Assembly (NCBI RefSeq): GCF_009914755.1
Contig: NC_060927.1
DNA: 64,000 nucleotides
Origin: the human T2T-CHM13v2.0 reference genome, Homo sapiens
Reading direction: 5' to 3' (one strand)
Under the pieces are notes generated by a model that saw only the letters and a program-made list of their open reading frames with translations, was not told the DNA's origin and searched no databases. Position numbers and translations under genes: made by a program. Shown here in pieces: positions 1-64,000 of the stretch. Every line of letters starts with the position of its first letter. The stretch's first letter is position 1.

Positions 1-423
1 TTCTATTTAAGCAACTGTGGTGGTCAGAAAGTGCCTGCTTGCAGAGAGTTCCTGCCCACCCCCACCCCATACTCAGTCCTGGCCTGTTCTCAGAGCCATC
101 TGATCCCTACCTCATGTGATACCAGAGATGGTCCTACTGCTGCTGCTGCTGCTGTGGCCGCCAGGAGAGACAGCAGGTGGTAGGGCTGTCAGTCAGTGGT
201 TGTGGGTATTCAGGGCCCTGAACTGGGACCTAGGAGATCCAAAAAGGTCAGGGAAGTTGCTGGTCTTGGCCAAATGGGCAGTGCTGTAGGCACTCAGTGG
301 TGGCTGTCTCAGGCCGACTGCCCACAGATATGTGCAGTCTGCTCTCAGGATCAGGCACACGACTTTTGGGGTCAGGTACAAGAGTAGCTGCTCCAAGTGT
401 GGGCTTGTTAAGAACTGTTTTCT

Positions 424-683
424 TTTGAGACAGGGTCTCGCTATGTCACAGTCATAGCTCACTGCAACCTCAAAGTCCCAGGCTCAAGGAATCCTCCCAC
501 CTCAGCCTCCCACATAGCTGGGACCACAAGCACATGCCACAGCACCCAGCTAATTTTTTTTTTTTAAGAGACAGGGTCTTACTGTGTCACCCAGGCTGGT
601 CTCAAACCCCTGGGCTCAAGTGATTCTCCCACCTCAGCCTCCCAAAGTGCTGAGACTACAGGTGTGAGCCACCATGCTTGGCC
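424..683 (-). mobile_element. Alu (J-like)
   Basis: Antisense Alu dimer with GAGACAGGGTCTC and GGGCTCAAG diagnostics. Confidence 0.85.
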
Positions 684-1582
684 TGTAACTGCTTTTGAGG
701 AAGGCTCCTTTATCCTTGGGCCCACTGGGGTATTCAGAGATGGGGTTGGCTTTAGCCTTCTATGCTACTAGCTGAGCACCCCGACTGCATAGCCACCACC
801 TGGCCTTGGCCTGGGACAGAGCAGCAGTGGGGAGGGGCCTTTGTGCATCTCTGCTCCTACAGCTCAGGGCTGGGAGTGGCTTACACTGGGGAATATGTGA
901 TCCCTGAGCCTGGGTAGTGGCTACTTTGTCAGGGTGCTTGTCCAACCTTTGTCCCCTTCCAGAGCTTTCTGTCTGTGTGGATGAGTGGGGTAAGAACTGG
1001 CATTAAAGGTGGAAGAGCAGGTGGTGGCACCCTGTGGGCAGCCAGGTGTGTAATGGGCCTCTGTTCTGCCTGAGTCCTGCTGGTTACCACCACCTCACTC
1101 CCTGCTATTCTTAGCAGCTGAGCTCAGGACAGCACTGACTGGCATTAGACAGTACCCTTTTCCCTCTAGGCCTGTGTGTTGAGAGGATGAGGGGGCCACC
1201 CAGACAGATTTTTCCCAACTCCTTTGGCTCGGGTAGGTGGGTCATGTGCTCCGCTGACCATTTATGGACTGGCGGGTACAGGACAGAGCCATCCAGCAGC
1301 TCAGAGGGCTGAGCCTTTCATACTTCCAGAACATGTCCCATTCAACACAGACTCCCCTGGCTGGGTGGTGGCGAGACTGGAATCTGCCCCAAAGGAACCA
1401 CAGGCCTAGGGGCAAGGGTTGGACTAGGTGGCCTTGGTACTGACCACTTTGGGAACCAGCATTTCTCCCAGCCTTCTTCTTCCAGACATCATCAGCACAG
1501 CCACCTTTGAGAGCGGACAGGTTATGTGCTATGCAGACAGCACTTGTTATTCCCTGGGCTCTTCACAGCATCTCTAACATAA

Positions 1583-2230
<648 letters not shown>

Positions 2231-2426
2231 GGACTGGTTATACTTTTGAGTTTAGTGGAGAATTCGGCCTTCTGACCTCCTGCATGCCAGAGTCTAGGAC
2301 TAGGCACAGCCCTTTTTCTGGAGTCTAGGCAGCCCCCCTGTGAGCTCAGGGGAAAGGATGGGATTTAGTGTCATCTGGCTGATTTCAAGGACTTGTGGAC
2401 CCCTGGCAGCCTCTCACTCTCCCCAG

Positions 2427-26591
<24,165 letters not shown>

Positions 26592-26794
26592 CCCTCACAG
26601 CCTGTGCCATCCTGGAGCCTCCACCTTTGAACCCAGAGCCAGGCTGGGCCCTATTTATGAGCTCCCTTTGCCCTTCTCCTGTATCCCACACCACCACATC
26701 CAACCTCCTTGCCTGCCTGTATCCTCATTGGTGGGAGCCCAGCCATGGCCCTAATTGTGCCTGAGCTTGACTTTCAGTCAGGGCCACAGTGAGC

Positions 26795-26800
26795 ATTAAA
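26795..26800 (+). terminator. RNF123: RNF123 polyadenylation signal (ATTAAA)
   Basis: First hexamer signal downstream of the TAG at 26591, about 200 nt into the 3' UTR. Confidence 0.75.
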
Positions 26801-27037
26801 TTATTATTCCATACAGCCCTGGCCCTGGCCCTTCTTGAGGGAGTGGGGTTTGTGGGGTGTGCCCAGCAGGGATCCTGCCAGATGATGTCCACATGAGAAG
26901 GCAGGTGTCCAACAGCTTCAGCTTCACCCAGTGCCCCCCAGACAAATAATGACAAGTCCAGGGTCTTCTGATGTGTCAGGCCAGCACTCCCCTTGCTGAT
27001 GGGAAAACCGGGGCTCGGCCAGCCCCACTGCATCCCC

Positions 27038-29760
<2,723 letters not shown>

Positions 29761-31137
29761 TTAGCTTCCAGGAAAGAGCAGCAGAGAGCGATTCCCAGAA
29801 CGCGAGGGCTTACAGTTCCCCGAGAAGCAAAAGAACCAGGTCCTTCCCAGGGTTCTCCATTATTTTTTCCTCATTAAAATATATTTTAAGTCAGCACAAA
29901 CATAACCAAATTGTACAGCTTTAAAGTTCAAAGCAGTCTGCATCTAGGGAACGTGCATGTGGTCAGGAGTGAGCGCGTGAGCAGCGGCTACGTAACTAGC
30001 ACAGGTGCCAGGCCCCTTGATGGGAATCCCCATGCTCACTGCACAGGCCCAGAGAGGGAGGGGTGGGGTCCCTGGCAAGTTGCTACACTGGTCCCCTTCC
30101 TCTTTTAAGCACCACCCGTCCCACCCCACCCTCAGGGGCTGGTGTCAGCTTGGCCCAGGGAAGCACTATAGAGAGGGCTCACCTGAGCACCCCAACCCAT
30201 GATCCCATGTTGCACTTTGTTCCCAAGTTGGGGCTAAGAAGGCTGGGCCTGGCAGGGACAGGGCTCTCTGGCATGGGGCAGGGAGAAAGCAGTGGCAGAC
30301 AGTATGCACACACACTTGCCCACTACCATTAAATAACAGGGCTGGGTCTCCAGGTGTCCAAAGTGCTGAAAAGAGGGGCCCTGCTCTAAGGGAGCAGCAG
30401 CAAATCCCAGGCCTTCCCACTCTTTGTAGTGCCAGGAAAATACTGAATGTAAGTGGGTGCAGCTTTGCTCGCTGTGAGGAGCAGCAGAATGCGGCAGCCT
30501 CTCCTCCCAGAATCGAGGAATCTGGGAGGCACAGGACATCCCCAAAAGGTCCCAAACAGTTCCAGACCCTATGTCTTACCCTCCACCCTACCAGGGAATG
30601 ACTATCTACACTAATGAAGGGCTACTGCCCCCATGGCTGAAGCCACAGAATGGTACAGGAGAGAAGACTGTAATTTGTGACCAGAAACAGGCAAGCTGTC
30701 CCTCCCAGCCCCAAAGAATGGGAACCTGCCCACCAGTGGCACCAGGGCTGGGGGCTAGGAGAGATGGCATCCATCAAGGAGCCCTTAAGAGGCTGCATCT
30801 TTAAGGACCAGGAAATGAGTCCATCAGTTACCAAGGCTTCTCACAGCTGGCAGGCTTACCTTTAAAGCCAAACAGGCACTTGCCTAAAGTGACAATGAAC
30901 AGTGTGGCCCTAGGCTCAAAGGAGAGGGTGCTAACCTTGGCAATGGCTGAAATCGGTGTCACCTCCTGGCCATCTGTTAGAAGCAGCAGATCTGTGCCAT
31001 TAAGGGCTGGCAGCCAAAATGACTAAAACCATGAGAAAGGAAGGGTCACTCCTCAAGCCCTCACTGCCCCACTCTAAGGGTTGAGGGCCATATTCTAGGC
31101 CCACAGAAATGGTGCTGGGTCAACAGGGAAACACCAA

Positions 31138-31143
31138 TTTATT
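31138..31143 (-). terminator. IP6K1: IP6K1 candidate proximal polyadenylation signal (AATAAA on minus strand)
   Basis: TTTATT on the plus strand within the 3' UTR, about 1.27 kb past the stop. Confidence 0.5.
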
Positions 31144-32407
31144 CTGCTATCAGGTCTTTATAAAAAGGCAACACCTGTGGAGGAAGGGCATGGGGCAAAA
31201 GCTCACCTCAGAAGTGGAAGTGTTCTGCTGAGGAAAGCATGAAGGAATGAGTATATACTAATGAACAAGGCTACACCCCAGGGGAAGGATCCCAAGGGAC
31301 GGGCTGGCAGCCGGACACATGGACAAACTGATGGACCCAGGACTGATCAGACAAAGCTCTCATTAGCAGAATGTGGGCACCTGCACCCAGGGCCCATACC
31401 ACGTCCCTGTGAGCAAAAAAGCTTAAAGTTCTCCCTCCAGGCCCAGGGCCAAGAGCGCCTCACAAAGGGCTGCTGCCTTGAACTTGGCCTGGGGAAATGA
31501 GACCCTGAGCGGACCACAGCCCTTGAGCCCTGGGAGGAGCAGCCCATCCAGCAGCAGCACAGCTGCCGAAACTTGAGGAAGAAGACTCCCACCCATAGCA
31601 CAAGAACTGCAAATACTGTCTGGGCCAGAGCCACCAGAGGCCCTGAGGCCTGCTAGGACACCGACTATCCCCCACTTCAGTGGGGTGGGAGGGAGTGGCC
31701 TTCTTAGGCAAGGGAACTTGGTGAGAGAGGCTGTTTCAGGAATAGGACAGGTGCCAACCTGTCACGTGCCAACAGGTGCCTGGGGAACCCAGGCGCCGCC
31801 CTCTGCCATAAGTTGGCCTCAGCCCAGCTTCATTAATCTAGCCCCATGCTAAGGTCAGACCGAAGGATGGGTCCAGCTTTGTGCAGTCAGCCCTGTGGTG
31901 CCCTGAGGGCACCTATTAAAGAGCTAGCTGACACCCACAGCATAAGACTGGAAAGCCCCCAAGAAATGGGCACCCAGAGCCCTCTACTTCTGGGGAACAA
32001 GGGAAGAGTGGGCGTGGAGGGGCCCTGCACCAGCCCAGGGCTTTACCTTACAATCAGCAGGGCCCTGCAGCCACAGATCTCAAAGATCTAGACAAGAGAA
32101 ACCAATGTCCAAGGGCACCCTGTCCCTGCTGCCAAGCCCACCAGGGGCACCTCTTCCTTCCTAAGGCAGCCTGGACACACCAGTCAGAGCCACAAAGCTG
32201 AGGAGCCTGGCTGAGAGGGCGTGTGGTCTGCCCTCCTTCACTTTATATATATGGATTCCAGGCTACAGCTAAAAACATTTCTTTTAGTTTACACCAAAGA
32301 GAAATATAACCCTTTAAAAGCAAGTCTGTGTGTCCTCACGGCAAGTTCAGAACAATGGTCCCTGCCTGCAGTGGAGAGGAAGGGGTTCTGGGGGCCCAGA
32401 ACAGGGC

Positions 32408-53905
<21,498 letters not shown>

Positions 53906-54564
53906 TGCGTTGGGGGCCAGTTGCACACTGAGGGCAGAGGATGCAGCACATGGGCCACAAAAGGAGAGCTACATAGAAGGTCCTGGCCAGGTGAAAGCCA
54001 ATGGTCAGATTCTATTCAGCTTATTATTCTGTCCTACAGAAAAGAAGAGAGGAAGAAGGAATCAAAACACTGGGTGAGTCACAATTTCCCTGGAGCTCCA
54101 TGAGTGAGAGCAGGGACTCTTGTTTTGTTCCCTACTATGTGTATCCCTAGCACGTACAATACTACGTGGCACATGAAAGGCAGTTGGTTAAATTTTTGCT
54201 GAATGATGCAACCTTGGCCTCTTCCATCTATCTTGTGCACAGAAGCCCACATTCTCTGCCTTTCCTAGTTCCCACCTCCCTTCTGAGTTATCTAAAGGAT
54301 TTTATTTTAGAGCTACAGCACATTACAACCATCAGGAAAGCACCTATCCCGGTTTACTTCACACCCAAAGATGAGATCAGAAAAAAACAGAAGGCAATGG
54401 GAATTTGTTCTGTTCAGACTCCTTAGGATATCCAGTACTGGTAAGGGTCTCTCCTTCACTCAGAGGAAGGGTTTCTGTCTGAGGAATTAGGTCACATGAG
54501 ATTCCCAAATTCTCCACTGAAGGTGCCAAGGACCAGGCAGGCCATTCATTGCTGAGCTGTAGGA

Positions 54565-55073
54565 CAGTGGTCCCCAAATTTTTTGGCAGCAGGAACCAGT
54601 TTCATGGAAGACAACTTTTCCACAGAACGGGTGTGGGGGCGATGGTTTCAGCATGATTGAGGCTGTACATTTATTGTACATTGTATTTCTATTACTACAT
54701 TGTAATATACAATAAAATAATTATACAACTCACCATAATGTAGAATCCTTGGGAGCTCTAAGATTGTTTTCCTGCAACTAGACGGTCCCATCTTGGGGTG
54801 ATGGAAGACAGTGACAGATCATCAGGCATTAGTTTCTCATAAGGAGCACTCAACCTAGATCCCTCACATGTGCAGTTCACAATAGGGTTCATGCTCCTAT
54901 GAGAATCTAATGCCACCGCTGGTCTGACAGGAGGCAGAGCTCCGGCGGTAATGCAAGCAAGGGGAGCAGCTGTAAATACAGATGAAGCTTTGCTTGCTTG
55001 CTCGCCTACCACTCACCTCCTGCTGTGAGGCCCAGTTCCTAACAGGTCATGGACCAGTACCCAGGGACCCCTG
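54565..55073 (-). mobile_element. MER1A-like hAT-Charlie non-autonomous DNA transposon
   Basis: TIRs CAGTGGTCCCC...GGGACCCCTG; 8-bp TSD CTGTAGGA (54557-54564) / CTATAGGA (55074-55081); characteristic internal palindrome. Confidence 0.9.
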
Positions 55074-55731
55074 CTATAGGATCATTAAGGTTTTGCTTTT
55101 CCCAAAGGAATTCAGGCTTCAGATTTCTTCTACTTTAAATCTATGGTTGTCAATTTATGACCATTCCCTTTCTGTCTGACTCTATACCAACCAGTGGGAC
55201 AAGGAAAAGCTCCTTGTACTCAAACTCCCTCTTTATAATGTCAATTTTCTCTCAAAATATTTAAAGTAGTTGGCAAATTTCTTAACACTGAGTGTATTTT
55301 TAAATTAGGAATGTAGTCAGCAAGAATACATCAGAAAGATTAAGACCAAAAAAGAAAAAGTATTAGTAGAGCAGGAATATGGTCCCATATGTAAGAGACA
55401 AACCATCGGGTTTTTTGTTGTTGTTGTTTTTCCTGGATCTTGTAATTATGGACAAAATGGGGTACAAAATACCACTGCTGAGCTGTGATGGCACTACTGC
55501 ACTCCAGCCTGGGTGACAGAGCAAGACCCTGTCTCAAAAAAGACAAAAAGAAAGAAAAAACTACTGCAAAACTGCAAAATCTTAACCCAAAGCTGCCCAG
55601 GCAGCTAGCTATGTTTTATTTCACTGCTATCACCAAAATCAATTATTCTGTACTCCCAGTCCCCAGATTGCACTATTTTAATGCACATACACTTCTTTTT
55701 TTTTTTTTTTTTGCCTAGTTATCCTGAATGA

Positions 55732-55810
55732 AGTCTAGGAATACTACCTGGGACAAGGCAATACTGCCTTCAGGTCAAGGCAACTCTGCCCCAGGTAGTA
55801 TTCCTAGACT
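55732..55810. repeat. Perfect 21-bp inverted repeat with 37-nt spacer
   Basis: AGTCTAGGAATACTACCTGGG / CCCAGGTAGTATTCCTAGACT. Confidence 0.95.
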
Positions 55811-56276
55811 CCATTCTCTCCAAACCTGAGTATAGTGCACACATCTATGACTCCTAAGGTACCCTATGCCAGCTCTACCATATCAATATACCACTGTGCT
55901 GTCATCTATTAACTCACTGTCATCACCACCAAACCATTGTCTCTTATTTCCACAGCAAAAGTCCAAGGCAGTTTCCACCACGTAGTAAATACTTAAAAAT
56001 AGAGTTGCTGGATTGTGGAGGGCAGGTCAGGGTCTCTGGAGGTGGTCATTGCAGCTGTGGATCCTGTTCAGTACTGTAGATTGGCTTCTGCCCTGGCCCC
56101 GGTCAGGCTGAAGGAGGCCTATCTCTGGCTGTGCTTCTCCCTGGGAATGCTTCTGACTATGGACACAAGGAGAGTGCTAAATTTTCTAGCCTGAGTCATT
56201 GGGTGGCTGGGAAAAGATAGGGGTCACAGTGCCAGGTGACCCAGAAGAATGGTGCAGGAGGAGAGTCAAGGAAATA

Positions 56277-58927
<2,651 letters not shown>

Positions 58928-59039
58928 GCCATTTCACTTTTTGCCATGAGACTGTCAAAAAATAAAAAGTCCACAAGCTCTGCATTCCTTCCCACCCCCA
59001 TTTTCTCTCTGCCTTCACTTCCTACCCTTGTCTCCCCAC

Positions 59040-59470
59040 TGCTTATTATCCCACTCCAGCCATACTGGCCTTCATGATGTTCCTCAAACACATCAGGCAT
59101 ATATATATTCCCTAGCTTCTTTGCACTAGTCATTCCCTCTGCCTAAACATTCTTCCCCCAGATAACCACATGGCCAACTCCCTCACCTCCTTCAAAAGTC
59201 TTTGATCAAAATGTCTCTTTCTCAATGAAAGGTCTATCCTACCCTCCCTAGTTTAAAATACACCACCACCTGCACCCTCCACCCCCTTTAATTGGCTCTT
59301 CTTTTTCTTTTCTTCATTAAGGCATTTATCCCCTTCTGGCATATTACATACTTTACTTACTGATAATGTCTACTGTTTATTATTTATGATGATGATGTCA
59401 GTTATATGAGTATCCTAAGTGCCCTGAGTAGTACCTGGCATATAGTAACTACACAATAAATCTGGCTGAA
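59040..59470. mobile_element. L2 fragment
   Basis: CCACTCCAGCCATACTGGCCTTC...TTCCCTCTGCCT...GTACCTGGCATATAGTAA. Confidence 0.6.
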
Positions 59471-59952
59471 TAAATATATGTATGTTTATGATATACATAA
59501 CAGATGTATATAGTAGGGTAAATATATAACATATGAAAAAGTGTTTATAAAGGGACAAGTTCTTTTTGTTTTAAAATATTAGGGTTATAAACCAAAAAAG
59601 TTTACATTTCTAACCTAGACCTAGCAAAAACCAGAACAAACGGGTCATGTGGCTTTATGAAAAACAAAATATGTTGGCCACATGACAGAATTCGAAGTCA
59701 GCAAATAAAAAGAACATAAAATTGTGTTTTAACTCTTTTAAGATTTGATATATGAAGGAAAAATAGGTTTAAATGCACCCAAATGAGAATAGCCACAATA
59801 ACAAGGACAAAATCAAAGCAAAATACAGAAGGAAAAAGACAGCCTATGAGGAGGAGAATTAGACTGTTTTTATCAATGATACAAAAGAGATTAAAAAGGG
59901 GGAAAAAAATCAGGCAAACACATAAATAATCTCAACTATAAAAGATTAATCA

Positions 59953-64000
<4,048 letters not shown>

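Noticed and set aside
32138-32151. CTCF-like CCACCAGGGGCAC in the IP6K1 3' UTR
   Set aside because: One G short of the core consensus, and such matches are common in GC-rich DNA.

Overview
Human-type genomic DNA; the gene content matches the chr3p21.31 cluster RNF123 / AMIGO3 / GMPPB / IP6K1. Positions 1-33.6 kb are GC-rich and gene-dense. (1) RNF123/KPC1 (+): 36 coding exons, 2427-26591; the 5' end lies outside the window. (2) AMIGO3 (-): intronless CDS (23237-24751) nested antisense in an RNF123 intron. (3) GMPPB (-): 9 coding exons, 27038-29012. (4) IP6K1 (-): 5 coding exons, 32408-53905; its first non-coding exon lies beyond the window end. Positions 33.6-64 kb are mostly IP6K1 introns packed with Alu, L1M, L2, MIR, MER1A and MER3-type repeats. 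All splice junctions were walked by hand and give continuous reading frames (GMPPB 360 aa, IP6K1 441 aa, AMIGO3 504 aa). I see no convincing new protein-coding system. The most notable signals are: three minor-spliceosome (U12) introns, one an AT-AC intron with a non-consensus donor; a head-to-tail chain on the minus strand in which each gene's poly(A) signal sits in the next gene's promoter; bidirectional poly(A) elements; three short templated insertions copied from 0.9-2 kb away; two near-perfect 21-22 bp hairpins; and uORF/oORF structure in the IP6K1 leader. Repeat boundaries and subfamilies are by-eye estimates.
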